A stretch of DNA of 63,397 bases, counting the filler, from Platydemus manokwari (lineage: Eukaryota), in assembly GCA_037951405.1 (NCBI GenBank). It is 6 parts of 6 records of this genome, joined end to end, with 100 filler letters (N's around TTAATTAATTAA, not from the genome) between each part and the next. Parts side by side here need not be neighbours in the genome. Positions count along the whole stretch, not along the records: positions 9,210 to 18,196 come from JBBMOY011318982.1; positions 18,297 to 32,327 come from JBBMOY011548078.1; 4 more parts are not named here. One strand, 5' to 3'. Below, in pieces: positions 10,580-23,500 of this stretch. The notes beneath the pieces were generated by a model. It was not told where the DNA came from. It searched no databases and saw only the letters and a list, made by a program, of their open reading frames with translations. The first letter of the stretch is position 1. Each line of letters begins with the position of its first letter. The translations under genes and the position numbers were made by a program.

Positions 10580-13500
10580 ATGTCGAATTTGACAATTAAA
10601 GAAATATCTAATCTTTCACCAGGACACAATCACAAATGTGACAATGAACGATGGTTTGTTTTTCTAATAATCAGCATCTTGTGTCAATTGAGTGGAATAA
10701 CACTTGTTGGTCTCTATCGAGCCTTTCAAAACTTAGCTCTGTGGATAAGAAAAAATCAAGCCACCTCACACAAACCCATTGTTGACTATCAGTTGAACCG
10801 CAAACCTAATTATGTCGACACAAAACCCGAAAATGAAGTCCAGGTAGAAATAACGGATTGTTTCTTCGATCTCCAAGATTGGGCTGGTGAGATTATATCG
10901 GCACAAAATCTAGCCGGAAAAGCTTTGATGGGTTTGGTCTGTGCATTAAGTATCAGTTCGATTGGATTATTTTTGTATGAGCTTTCAATTTATGAAGGAC
11001 AAACCGAGATTTGTTTGAAATGGAATCGTTCAGTCACTCAACAATTGGATCTTGCTTTTAATATCATTTTCCTCGTTTATTTTTTATTACGGTTCCTAGC
11101 ATCCAATGATAAATTGAGCTTTTGGGTTGAATTGTATTCATTCGTAGACTTGTATACTGTTCCACCATCATTTGCTGTTTTGTATCTCGAACGCTACTGG
11201 ATAGGATTGAGATTCGTACGCGCCATGAGATTAATGACATTGACGGAAGTACTAGGGTTCCTAAATATCATCAAAAGTAGTAGCTCAATTCGTTTAAGTT
11301 ATTTATTCACAACATTTGTTAGTCTGGTAATCACAGCTTCTGGTTTCATACATCTCGTTGAAAGTTCAAGTACTCCATCAGCAGGAGATAATCCTCATAC
11401 AACGTTTTTGGATTTCATATACTTTATCATCGTTACAATATCGACTGTTGGATATGGTGACATTGTCTGTAAAACAGCACTTGGAAAATTATTGATGATG
11501 CTCATCATCTTGGGTGGATTGGCCTTGTTTGCAAATGCCATTCCAGAAATGATTGAAATTATCGGCAGTAGAAATCGGTATCGAAAACCATTCAGGAAGC
11601 AAAAGGAAAAGCAACACATTGTACTCTGTGGACATATCACATACGATTCAGTTTCCAATTTTTTAGCGGACTTTCTTCACAAAGATCGTGAAGACGTCGA
11701 TGTTCAGATAGTTATTTTGAATAATTTCCCACCGGAACTGGAATTGAAAAATGTTTTGAAGCAATATTTCATCCATGTCGAATTCTATCAAGGAAGTGGA
11801 ATGAATACAAACGATTTGTCTAGGATTCAACTGCAATATGCTGATGCCTGTTTGGTATTAGCTAATAAATATTCTGCTGATCCCGATGCAGAGGATGCTG
11901 CCAATATTATGAGAGTTATTTCAATAAAGAATTTTTGCCCTAACATCAAGGTCATTATTCAACTCATGCAATATCACAACAAAGCTTATTTATTAAATAT
12001 TCCCAGTTGGGATTGGAAACGAGGAGATGAAGCCGTTTGTTTAGCTGAACTCAAATTGGGTTTTATAGCCCAGAGCTGCTTGGCACCAGGCTTTTCCACA
12101 CTTCTGGCTAATTTATTCACCATGAGATCTTTTAAAAGCAATTCAAATCTTCCAAACTGGTTGAACTCATATCTTGAAGGAGCGGGAATGGAAATCTATT
12201 CCGAATATTTTTCGCCGGCTTTCCATGGATTAACGTTTGCTGAAGCGGTTGCGATTTCTTTTAAAAAGTTGAAGTTGTTATTGATTGCAATCGAAACGAG
12301 ATCGGCTTTTAATGACGAAAGCAGTATAGCGATAAATCCAAAAAATGCCATCAAAATTGAACAGGGTATGCAAGGTTTCTTCATTGCTCAGTCTGCCGAT
12401 GAATCGAAAAGGGCATTTTATTATTGTCAACACTGTCATAGTAATATTCACTACAGTTTAATTAAACAGTGTGTATGCGAAGCCAGTAAACAATTTCAAG
12501 AACGATTATATAAGTTGAGGAAAATGGTTTCCAATAAATCCAGACACATCAGATCGGAATCACAAAGACGTGATGGAAGTCGAGTAAAGTTGAGAAGAAA
12601 GAAAATTATCAGGCCCAATGAACGAAAAAGACCACCGAATGTTGTCAAATCAAACGTAAGAATTTCACCAAATCTTAGATTTAATGACCAAGTTTCAAGA
12701 AGATTTGATACTACAGGAATGTTTCATTGGTGTCCTGGAAGACCTATTAAAGATGTACTTCTCAATGACTCAGATCAATTGAAGATGTGTGTATTTTCCA
12801 ATCATATTGTTGTTTGTGTTTTTGCAGAAGCTGACAGTGCACTTATAGGCTTATGCAACTTTGTAATGCCATTACGAGCCAGCAATTTTCACTATAGCGA
12901 ACTGAGTTACATTGTGTTCATTGGAAACCTGGAATATCTTAAACGGGAATGGAAAACGCTAGCCAATTTTCCATGTCTATCAATTCTAAGTGGCTCACCG
13001 TTGAGTCGAACCAACTTGAGAGCTGTCAATGTTAACATGTCGAAGATGTGTGTGATTTTGTCATCGAAATCCAATGATAGTATTGAAGATGCATTTCTAG
13101 TTGATAAAGAAGCTATTTTATGTTCTTTAAATGTTCAAGCTATGTCATTTGATATCGACGATTTTAAAATCGAAAATTTTCCCGAACTTTTACCTCAAGG
13201 TGAAAAATCGGATCTCCTATTGCCCCCTGAAAATCATGTAATTACATTAGATGATAAAATATCAAGAAGCGGATCTGATATACGAATGATAACTGAATTG
13301 GCGATGGACAGCAATGTTCAATTCTTAGATCAAGACGATGAAGACAGTCCAGAAATGGATTTGTTTATGACTCAACCTTTTGCTTGCGGTCGAGCATTTG
13401 CTGTCAGTGTTCTCGATTCGCTAATGAGTACAGCTTATTTCAACGAAAATGCGTTGACATTAATAAGGACTTTAATTACTGGTGGTGCTACACCGGATTT

Positions 13501-13927
13501 GGAACAGGTTTTAGCTGAAGGTACTGGAATCCAAGGAGCTTATTTGACACCAGAGACTCTGGCACACCGGGATCGTTGTAGAGTTACAATTATTCAAGTG
13601 ACGCAGAAACCGTTGGCGGAAATATTCTTATCAAAAACTGATTGCATTAATTACGGATTTCTGTTCTTGGAGGCCCTAGAACGATTTGGTATTTTATGTA
13701 TTGGTTTATATCGTTTGATCAGCTTAGATAATCAAGATGACAACAATGATATCATGATAAATAATAAGAGTAACAAGCGTTACGTTATTACCAATCCTCC
13801 AGAATATTTACAGTTGCATTTTTCTGATATGGTCTATTGCTTACAGCAGTTCAGTGTACATTTGAATGTTGATTTTCGCAAGAACACACCGAAAAACATA
13901 GTAGACGACGATGAAATAGATGTCTGA
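10580..13927 (+). CDS. slo: Large-conductance Ca2+-activated K+ channel alpha subunit (Slo1/BK/slowpoke family), intronless, 1115 aa
   Basis: S0-S6 with DWAGEIIS, S4 [10 protein letters not shown] and selectivity filter TVGYGD. RCK1 [27 protein letters not shown] and [16 protein letters not shown]; CxxCH heme motif; Ca-bowl [14 protein letters not shown]; TQPFACG. Confidence 0.97.
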   Translation: MSNLTIKEISNLSPGHNHKCDNERWFVFLIISILCQLSGITLVGLYRAFQNLALWIRKNQATSHKPIVDYQLNRKPNYVDTKPENEVQVEITDCFFDLQDWAGEIISAQNLAGKALMGLVCALSISSIGLFLYELSIYEGQTEICLKWNRSVTQQLDLAFNIIFLVYFLLRFLASNDKLSFWVELYSFVDLYTVPPSFAVLYLERYWIGLRFVRAMRLMTLTEVLGFLNIIKSSSSIRLSYLFTTFVSLVITASGFIHLVESSSTPSAGDNPHTTFLDFIYFIIVTISTVGYGDIVCKTALGKLLMMLIILGGLALFANAIPEMIEIIGSRNRYRKPFRKQKEKQHIVLCGHITYDSVSNFLADFLHKDREDVDVQIVILNNFPPELELKNVLKQYFIHVEFYQGSGMNTNDLSRIQLQYADACLVLANKYSADPDAEDAANIMRVISIKNFCPNIKVIIQLMQYHNKAYLLNIPSWDWKRGDEAVCLAELKLGFIAQSCLAPGFSTLLANLFTMRSFKSNSNLPNWLNSYLEGAGMEIYSEYFSPAFHGLTFAEAVAISFKKLKLLLIAIETRSAFNDESSIAINPKNAIKIEQGMQGFFIAQSADESKRAFYYCQHCHSNIHYSLIKQCVCEASKQFQERLYKLRKMVSNKSRHIRSESQRRDGSRVKLRRKKIIRPNERKRPPNVVKSNVRISPNLRFNDQVSRRFDTTGMFHWCPGRPIKDVLLNDSDQLKMCVFSNHIVVCVFAEADSALIGLCNFVMPLRASNFHYSELSYIVFIGNLEYLKREWKTLANFPCLSILSGSPLSRTNLRAVNVNMSKMCVILSSKSNDSIEDAFLVDKEAILCSLNVQAMSFDIDDFKIENFPELLPQGEKSDLLLPPENHVITLDDKISRSGSDIRMITELAMDSNVQFLDQDDEDSPEMDLFMTQPFACGRAFAVSVLDSLMSTAYFNENALTLIRTLITGGATPDLEQVLAEGTGIQGAYLTPETLAHRDRCRVTIIQVTQKPLAEIFLSKTDCINYGFLFLEALERFGILCIGLYRLISLDNQDDNNDIMINNKSNKRYVITNPPEYLQLHFSDMVYCLQQFSVHLNVDFRKNTPKNIVDDDEIDV

Positions 13928-15389
13928 TTATTGGAAAATTTGCTTGCATGATATTTATGTAAAATATGTCATTTTAACAGAGTATTTTTCATTATCAACT
14001 TTTTATATATGAGATACACAAATTCAGACTCATATCTATAGATATGTGTGCTTGAGTTTGGGATGCTTTGGTTTAGTCATATATTGAGTATTGTCCTGCA
14101 GTTCAATTCAGGGTTTTTACTAGCATGGAGACGAATAGTTAAGCAAATACTAGAAGTAAGTCAAATAGACAATGAAAGAAACTAGTGATGAACACCATAC
14201 TGATCTTAAGGTAGTAATGAGCAATCGTTGGACATGCTATACAAACAAAAGACATTAATATTCTTATAAAGCACGCATCGAAAACGAACTGAAAAGCCAC
14301 GACGCCATATTATATTTTATTAGCAATTATTCTAATAAATTAATCTTTTATAAAAATAGAATTTAAATTTGTTTTCAAATTTAAATTTATTATAAATCCT
14401 CAGAATTTTCAAGTCGTTAAAATTTTCTTGTTTCTTATGCTGATGAATTACCTGTCAATATATAATTGTAGATGATTTATGTGCTTCAATTTTTCTAAAT
14501 AATTTGATTGTTGAATTGGCTACATAAAATTTTTCGCTTAGTAATTATTTTTTGGCAGAAGAAATTTCTTTTTAAAAGCCCAATATTGTTTTTTTTTCGC
14601 ATTAGTGCAACTGGCTTAAAGTGATTTCTTTGGAATATCAGTTTATATCTTTTTATACTCGCATTTATTCAGCCTTATTATTTTTCGTTGTTATTCCAAA
14701 TTTTTCTTTCTATTTTCTGGATATATTTTTAACACTTGTATGTTGTTAGTTTGTTTAATTTTTACATTTATATTCTTCCATCATTTACTTCCATCGTTTT
14801 ATTCTTCTACGTCCATTATAATTCAAGTAAAATCACATAATCGCAATAAATAATGGCTGAAATAGAATGATGTCATAAAATAGCACCACGAGTAGTTTAA
14901 TAAAAATAACTGTAACAAATTTAATAAAATAAAAACCATTATTATTTAGATAGAATAATCCACTATTTGTTAACCTATCGAGCATTTGTTTTTTCCCCTG
15001 TTCTTATTAGTTGCTTGAAGCTGGAGATTTAATATACAATTGGTTCTGGCAAATGCTTATTGATATCATTATTTCCTTTATCTCTTTTCTCTGATAACAG
15101 AAAATATCGAATGCTTAAATATACATACAAAAGGTATGCATACTTTAAACATAGAATAGCAATAAAAAAAAGAATAAGGAATTGAAATAAAATGAAAAAG
15201 TAAGCGGAAAGACACAATTCACAATTATAAAGAGTCTACATAACAGTTTCAATCTTAAAATGAAATTAATTGATACTTTACAGATTGAGAGTATCGAACA
15301 AAGAAATAATATTTGAGAGAATTTTTAAATGAATTAAATTTTTAAAGATAATTATTATCAATCCCTAGATTCTTTCGAACTGTATGGTT

Positions 15390-18060
15390 AATATGTGCTT
15401 ACCAAATTCTGAGAACCTATATAACAAAAGCGAACAGTTTCAAAATCCAGTCGAGTCGCCATTTTATCGCTTTTCGGAGGTCTGAGTATTTTTCCATATT
15501 CTTTTGAGCTGCTTAAGCTAGTAATAAAGATTTGTCCATGGGACAATTTACAGCGATTAGAATGATCGTAAACTTTCAATCATTTTTAATTGAATATCCG
15601 CCTTTTAATTTAAATTCCGTGGATAGGTATGTTTTCTATAATAAACTATGTAATCTGTATTGTTAGCAATTTATTTGGCCAATATATCCATGATTCCGTC
15701 TTGTCGATAGTGAATAAAAGAGTGTGATAGTTTGCGATTGATAAAACGTGTGCTTGCGATTCCACTTTAGTTAAGTATTTTCTGCATGCCATCTTTCTCA
15801 TGCCTGTGCGTTATAAATAAATTTGAATTCAGCAATATTTACCAGTCCATTAAAAACTTCTTTTGACCACGTTTAGCACCTATTTATGATTTGATTAATC
15901 CTAGTTTAATTGGTATAATCGCATTAAACATAGTCTCAGTAATTTTGGTATTTCTTTGAATTTCTATGGTTCCCACTATGAGGCATTATTTCACCGTTGA
16001 TATAAATGGAAGAAAAAGTGGTATATATTTTATCTGAGGCATACTTAATGCTCTTTCTTATTTTTCCCAATCATGTTTTGCTCCTTTTATTGGGTAGAAT
16101 ATTGACCCATTCCAATGCTTCCTCGATTCATTTCAGCATTTTTGCACAAGGAGTGTATGGCCGTTATCTTAGATAGATAATACGCTTGGGTGATCGAATA
16201 CATTGTATACAAAATCTACAACCACTATTTGACTTCGTTGAATAAAGATAATTCAATGAGCAAAATTTCAGTACACCAAGAATGTTTTTCAGATATTTTC
16301 TTATCATCACGTCGATCTGTAACAGTATAATTTAAGCGATATAGTAATTTCTCATGTCGAAGGTCACTTTCGTGTGCATAAATAACTCAAAGACTCTTAG
16401 ATTTTGTCATGGCAGTATAATGCATTTTTCTATTTTATTTATCAGAGTGTTCATGAATAGTTCTTCAGTTGTAATTTGTAGCTTCAAAGAGAAGTTCATA
16501 GATAGCGATAGTGCTCTTCTAGACTGTAGGGATTTTTTCCTTGTAGTCTATGAGTTCCTCCGCATTAGTACTTGCTCTTAGATTATGTAAGCATTTATAT
16601 TTTAAGAGTTTGAACTTGAAACCAAGTTGGAACTCAAGAACCAATGATTCCTTGATCATCATTTGAAGTGCATTTTGCTTTCGTAGTAATTGCTAATTTC
16701 ATCTGTATATACGAGGCATGAAATTCAATGATTTGCAATTATAAAACTGCTCTCTTAATTTTCATTGGTTTCATTTCATAATTTAAGAGTGGTTTGTGAA
16801 CATCGCTTCAAGATCTAAGGAAGGGAAGGTTAAGAATCATATGTGAACATAATCTTCTTTCTCACTGTGTTCTTTTATAATGGCCAGAAGTAAAAAGTTG
16901 TTTAGGGTCTTCTGGAGTGAATGTATTCATATTTTTCATCAACCCAGTACCTCATTTGTTTTCACAGAATAGTTGTGGAAATTTTATAGAGGCAACCGAA
17001 CAGAGCAATAGGACATTAGGGGCTGACTTGTTGATTTTGGCCCTACTTCATGGGTTTTGGTATCAACAATGTTGTATATGTTTTCCATTCATCAGGTATT
17101 TCTTGATTATCTAGGCATTTTGTGAAAATGTTTCGTATGATTTTTGTATTTCTTTCTGCATCTTTGAAAATTTAATCCATGTAAATATTCTCACGTAGAA
17201 TATCTTTATAGTTGATATTGTTATTTACAGGGGTACTAGAGTCCCTCTTGAATTGGGTTGCATAAATGGTTTCCTGTTCAACTTTGCTGAATTAACTTTC
17301 TTAAGTGAGCAATAATTTTTACATACCTTCGCATTCTGGAAGATTTGTTTTTTGCTTCTGCTTTCTTTGCATGTAGAAAGTCAGCTTCTGTGTATTGCGT
17401 AGCTAATTCCAAGGTGATGAATGGTGATTAAAGAGGCTCCCTAGATTCCGGTCTGTTTCACTTGTTTTTTATCCTTGGCTTTACCCAAATATGGGTTATT
17501 TGGTAATTTAGTTGTGCAGATACAGCAAATGAATTCACAGTATTTGCTAAACATGTCATCTGATGTGTCATTTGAGAAGTTGTTGACCAGTCCTTCTCTA
17601 AAGATTTAATGATTTCAAATGTATCTTTTGGGAAGTGATAAGGAATGCATATTAGTTATTCTCCTTTCTTGATCTTCTATTTACGTTCTATATTGTCTCG
17701 ATCTTTATTCTTATCAGTTGAAAGTTGTGACTGATGTTCATTATATATCCAAATTCCCCAAAATTGCAATGTAGTAATCCGGTTTTGTAGGTTCGAATTT
17801 TTTGAGTCCTTCTTTGTTCCATTCCATTATGGATATATTTTTGTTTAGATTATTGAGAAAGTTTATATTTTCAATATCCATATCATCATCAGCAATGGAA
17901 TTTTTTGTTACAAATATAGTGACTAGAAACCAGCGTTTAGATTTCATTAGAAGTGGGTAAAAGATAATTTCTTTGTTTATGAAGTAATGGAATGACAGGG
18001 ATTCCTTCCATCTCATCGACTCCAAGGGCTTTGCCAAACGACTACTAGAAAATTTCGACA
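15390..18060 (-). mobile_element. Decayed non-LTR retrotransposon, probably restriction-like-endonuclease (R2/NeSL/R4-type) class
   Basis: RT N-terminal motif KIPDEWKTYTTLLIPK...CPIALFGCLYKISTTIL...MRYWV (~16930-17105). Downstream: RQDGIMDILAK (RHD-type motif) and ETVRFCYIGSQ (resembles the RLE tail V.PFIVGSLG). Many stops. Confidence 0.6.
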
Positions 18061-18119
18061 TCTGATAATTTCGATTCTTGAAATTGCTTAATTTAAATTT
18101 TATTTTAATTGTTTATTAT

Positions 18120-18196
18120 TATTAGGTGTATTAGTATGATTCCGGCTTTTACAAAAATGTGTTAAAATTTGTATTTCAATGAATAAATTTAATTGT
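18120..18196 (+). mobile_element. End of a mariner-like element (TA + TIR), truncated by the contig end; copy 1
   Basis: TA+TTAGGTGTATTAGTATGATTCCGGCTTTT..., Mos1-ITR-like. Near-identical (1 mismatch in ~75 nt) to 32252-32327. Confidence 0.75.
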
Positions 18197-18296
18197 NNNN
18201 NNNNNNNNNNNNNNNNNNNNNNNNNNNNNNNNNNNNNNNNTTAATTAATTAANNNNNNNNNNNNNNNNNNNNNNNNNNNNNNNNNNNNNNNNNNNN
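18197..18296. other. Artificial contig linker
   Basis: 44 N + TTAATTAATTAA + 44 N. Confidence 0.98.
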
Positions 18297-19830
18297 TTCT
18301 ATTATTTTTAGACTTTTAGAAATTCCAACGAATTAATTTTGGAATTTCTATATATTATTAGCTCACTTAAACACATTCTAAAATTTTATATAAGTTAATT
18401 TTATTTTTGCTTTTATTTTTATTTTTAGGCGCGCTATTTATTATTTCTGTTGTCCGATTTGTTTTTTCTTTATTTTTGAGCTTATTAAAAATTTCCATTA
18501 ATTTTAAAATATAATTTTTAACAAAATACGTTACAATATACGTTTAAATACAATATACATTCAAGGTAAGATTAGGAAAATTTCATTATCATAAGGCAAA
18601 GATTATAGACAAATTTGTAATCACAAAATGTTATAATGTGAGTGTTTTTAGAGATATCCGGGGTCATATTCCTCGTCCAAATCCACTCGCTTATGCATCT
18701 CCCACCATCTTAAGTTTTCCGTTCTTGGATTCTCTGGGATCATCGGTTCCGCTTTTATTGCTTCTTTTGGCTCGCTCTAGCCGACTTTCTCGGGCTTATC
18801 CCCACAATAAACAGTTCCATCCCATTCTCCATTTTCGTCCAGTATTATCCTCTCATTGTTTGAGGTATTTGGGGCATTGGAAGCACTTTCCTAACAATTA
18901 TGTATTTGTAGAGATATTTTTTACATGTATTATCATCGTAACTTTTATGGTAGCTTTCACTGAGACACGATTTTGATTTTTGCTCACCAAAATTTTTGAT
19001 TATTATTAAACAGTATCCTTCTATATGTTATTTATTTTTGCTTGTAACTGTTAAATTGATCATTAACTCCTTCGTATCGTTGTCCATATTTAAAGAACCC
19101 ATCATATACACCAACTGCGAATAGGAATTCACAATTGTTGCTCAGCCTCAATTTTTGAAACAGCACTAATAAAATGCCTCATTAAATTGAATAATACACT
19201 AATTTATAAATTTATGAATTTCGCTTTGAAATTTGGTTAAAAAATCCTAAATTTTTTATTCCACAATTGCAACATACTTCTCCCGAGAAAAAACAAATTC
19301 TGTGGGTTGTTGATGCAAATATGCATATTTTGTCACGTATATGTAAACGTTAATACCTAGTTTATAAATTCAATACTAAACATTGACTAATAACTTAAAT
19401 ACGCAATATTGTAGTGTTCGATTAATAATAACTAAACACCCTAACTATAATATGCCAAAGAATAATTGAATACAATATTTCCTGAAAACTCTGTGAATGT
19501 TGGGTAGGCATATTCTTCACTAGTTATAGTTTTTTTTTCAAAATAAAAAGAAAATTGCATTAATCATTTTTCTTAATTTGATATGAACCATATTTCAGTT
19601 GCAAATTCAGAAATATTTTGAAGTAGTTAAACTTTTGATTTTTTTCAAATAAATCAGAACATTTAATTCTTATATTTTCATTATAAAATTTTAATTAAGA
19701 AAAATTGATTTAATTAATATGGTTAATTTGGATAGTTTTAAATTTTTTTTAATTTTAAAATATAATTTTTAATTTACCACATCACGCATTGTTTTAATAT
19801 AATTGCATTTTATAAGTTTTTCTTTACAAC

Positions 19831-21728
19831 ATGTCTTCTGCTCCAAATGTTCAAGAATTATATGAGTGCTATGACATTGTCAATAATGCCAATGAAAAGG
19901 AAGACGTCGTAAGATTACACATTTGTAAAAAATTCTCAAAGCATTTATTATTATATTAGAAAAAAGCAGCCTATGAAAAAATATTACAAGGAGTAAATGG
20001 CGAAGAAAAAGAAAAACGACTCTCATCTCAATTTATTGCAAATTTTTTCAAATTATTTCCCCAGCTTTATGAAGAATCTTTTAATAAATTGTTAGATTTG
20101 TGTGAAGATGAAAATGTAGTTATTAGAAAACAAGTCATTCAATATTTGTCGGTCATCGCAAAATCAGTATGTGAATATATTCCAAAAATTGCTGATACAT
20201 TAATACAAATGCTAATTACTGATGATAATACTGTAAGAAACATTTCCCATGTAAGATTTTTACTTGATAACTTTTTTAGGAAGTTAGTTTGATATATAGT
20301 GCTCTGAATAACGTTATTAAATTGGACTCCAAAGTCGCTCTTGAAGCTATATTTAATCAGTTATTAACTCAACTTGATGAATCAACGGAAATGATCAACA
20401 CGTTTGCCTTTAAATATCTCAATGAAAAATTTTCCCATGAAACTGATAACGATAATTGTAAAGCCAATATTGAAGGCTTCATTGAAAGTCATGGATCAAA
20501 ATTGTTGAATAAATTATCAGGAAAAGAGGAATTCCCGTTGATTGTTGGCATTTTATCATCGCTAAAATCGTATTCAACATTAACTGGCAGGCAAAAGCTA
20601 ATCGGTGAAATCACCGAACAAACGAAATTGCTTGGTAAAATAAATAATTCTTCCAAATATACTTCTTTGGTTTTGAATTGCAAACAAGCTGTTAAATTGC
20701 TATCGGTATTGTTTGATTGATTATAAATAATTATATATTATGATTATATATAATGATTATATTTTAATATTAATTGTCATCATTATTTATTATTCACAGA
20801 TGATTTTTCCAAATAATTTTTTAATTAATTGTATTGATTTAGTAAATATTAAAATTATTTTTATTATTATATAAAATATTACCATTATATATTAATTCCT
20901 AGAAAAATGTCCATGCTGATGATCTTCTAAAGTTATTGGTTGACAATTTTTCTGATATCGTAAAGGTCGCCTCATCAGTTCCAGAGATCAATTTAGTCGA
21001 TCTCTTGCGATGTTTTGTAGAATTGAGTAATCGAGGACAGAATATTGATAATAATAATGTCCATGTTTCTACAATTGATTTCAGTGGTGATGAAGGGCTT
21101 AAATTGATTAATAATGTCTTTCAAGCATGTTATGAACAATTGCCACCGGTTGCTGATGATGTAACCGCAGATATTCTTATGAAATATAGTGAAGATGTTC
21201 ATAAATTGAAAGATCTTGAATGCTATTTGTTAATCACGTATAATGTTAGATTTGAATGTTTTTCAATGATTGGAAAATGATTTTGTTTATCAATTAGCTG
21301 TGCAAATATCGGCCGGAAGCTATGAATCTAAATGAGGAAATCTTGAAGCAATTCAAATTGCGTTTGCAATTTCTTGGCCGATTTAATCAAATAGCAAACA
21401 AGAAAGCAAATGATTCCGTTGGAAAATTGTCGAAATATGAACAAATCAAATCTGAAAACCGTGATAAAATCATTCTTGTAAAGGTGGGAGGACAATGTTT
21501 GCTTTTGATTTTTATCCAGCATTACACCAGGTCACCAATAATTTACAAATTTTAATTCGAGAATTCTTCAAACCAGTCCTGTCGTTCAAAACGGCCATCC
21601 ATCCCTCATGGAACACCCCAGTTGAAACCGTCACCAAAAGATTGTCAAAGGATTCCAATGATTCCACTGTCTCGAAAAGAAAAGCACCACCCGCTAGAAG
21701 TAATAATTTCAACACGCCTCGTCGTTGA
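19831..21728 (+). CDS. API5: Apoptosis inhibitor 5 (API5/AAC-11), ~500 aa; exons 19831-19908, 19960-20232, 20280-20705, 20903-21244, 21298-21483, 21531-21728
   Basis: Spliced frame MSSAPNVQELYECYDIV..KAAYEKILQGVNGEEKEKRLSSQFIANFFKLFP..LLDLCEDENVVIRKQ..KIADTLIQML..FKLRLQFLGR..KVTNNLQILIREFF. All introns are GT-AG and phase 0. Confidence 0.93.
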
Positions 21729-22559
21729 TTTGTTTATATATTAGTTGGCTAATAAATTCGTTAATGTTTGAATGATTGTCGTCATGGTGATTAATTTAAT
21801 TATGATTTTGTCATTTCAAATTTTTTATAATCGTTTAGACTGCTATAATTTGTGAGTTTCATAGAAGTCTCATTTATAATATAAAATTTCGAATTAATTT
21901 AAAAGGGTCCTTAAATAATTTGTCGAGTGTTTAACAAAATGTTTTGCAATTTGATTATTGGTTCTGAATTTTCGGTTATTAGTATTTGAATATAAATTTA
22001 GTATTTTTCAGCATTTGACAATCGATCAAAGTTACCCGTTGGAATAGCCCCATTGGTTAGATACATAGAATCCCAATAGACATATGTGTCTATCGCAGTA
22101 GATAATAACATGATAAAATAAAGGGAATTTGCAATTAGACTAGATTTCAGTCGGTTCTAAAATATGAAGAACTGCAGCACAACAAGTTTATAAAATTGGT
22201 AACCCCAAGTACCACATTAGCATGTTTGGTGATCATTTATTTGTCTTTCATTCATTCGGTTATGAAATCCCCTTCTTTCAATAATTGATTGAAAAGCGAA
22301 GTTGTTCTAATCCATTTGTAGATCTATTGGTGGAATTAATATTCAACCTTTATTTTTTATAAAAGATGACAATGAATTTACATAAAACATTATATCAAAG
22401 GTGATAACCATATTCAATCAATTGTTGTTTGTTGAATTTAAGAATACAAATTCTTTATGATCTGTGTGTTTAACAAATTATTTCTTCACACTGGCAGTTA
22501 TTGCCTGTAATGCATAACGAATTCTTGATTGGCCTAAAGCTCTTTCCTTATCACACAAT

Positions 22560-23500
22560 ACACCTTTTCATAACTCACCAGATAAAGCTGAGTGTAATTT
22601 CATAAATTTTCATCGAAATGCTTTGGTCCACTGAAAAGCTCTACCATTTCCTGATATCGCGACATACAGAGGTGACGCTATGATGAATCTTCTTTACCAC
22701 TTTGTAATTCCAAACAGTGATGATAACTTTACGTTCTTGAGTATTTGTGATTTGAAAAATTCCATCGGTGTTTGTTTTCATTCTATCTTTGATTACAACG
22801 CGACCCTAAGATTTAATTTCGTCAGTGAAGAAAAATCTTTTATCTGGATTTATTTTCAATTCAGAAACCTGAATGTTCTCAAACAATTATTGATACAAAA
22901 CTACAGGTTCTTCTCCTGTTTCACTATATGTCATCGAGATATACAAAAACTGCTCAAAATAACAAACCATTCAGTAGACGATACATCAATTTTTAAAAAA
23001 CTCCTGGTACCATAGCCAACTCGAATAGAAGTCTGTTAAAATAAAATTAGCCAGTCTTTCTGCGTTTGTTCGAGGTAGATCGAATAAATATCCTTTGTTA
23101 GGCATTGAGAATATTAACCTCTTGGTTATTCCATTTAGCTTATGCAAACCACACACATACGAATTGATCCGTTCTTTGTGACAATGGGCTCTTGAATGTC
23201 CTAATGACTTTTCTCTGTATCAAATCTGAAACTAATTCGTCAATTTTCTTTTAGAGATCCAATGGTTGGCTTCTCGAATGTTTGTTATTAGACTTTCAGT
23301 CATTTCAATATCAACATCGTTCTCCCAAAATCCAAATTTGACACCATAAATATCCAAGCGTATTACTTTGTTTATTTATCATGATCACTACATTTACCCA
23401 ACTGATATACTCTAATTATGTGCATAATGCGACCATAATCCAAAAATTCTGCTTTCAAATACATCCAATGAATCGTGTGGATCTCTGTTAGTTGAATCTC
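22560..23500 (-). pseudogene. Heavily degraded phospholipase B-like (PLBD/LAMA family) pseudogene fragment
   Basis: C-terminal segment SLFGIT/KVV...LYVAISG-NGRAFQWTKAF resembles PLBD G.D.KV...A.SGP....PFQWS. Upstream IYLEQ and NNCLRTF resemble LEQ.P and Y.NCPR. Many stops. Confidence 0.4.

Noticed and set aside
11395-12384. Antisense ORFs 11395..11658 and 12196..12384 (and similar shadows over API5, ALG5, the pogo element and GATM)
   Set aside because: Shadow frames of genuine coding sequence on the other strand or frame; no independent motifs.
18600-18976. Less AT-rich segment with a 112-aa plus ORF and a broken minus frame (...LRWWEMHKRVDLDEEYDPGYL*)
   Set aside because: No recognisable domain, and the coding strand cannot be decided.
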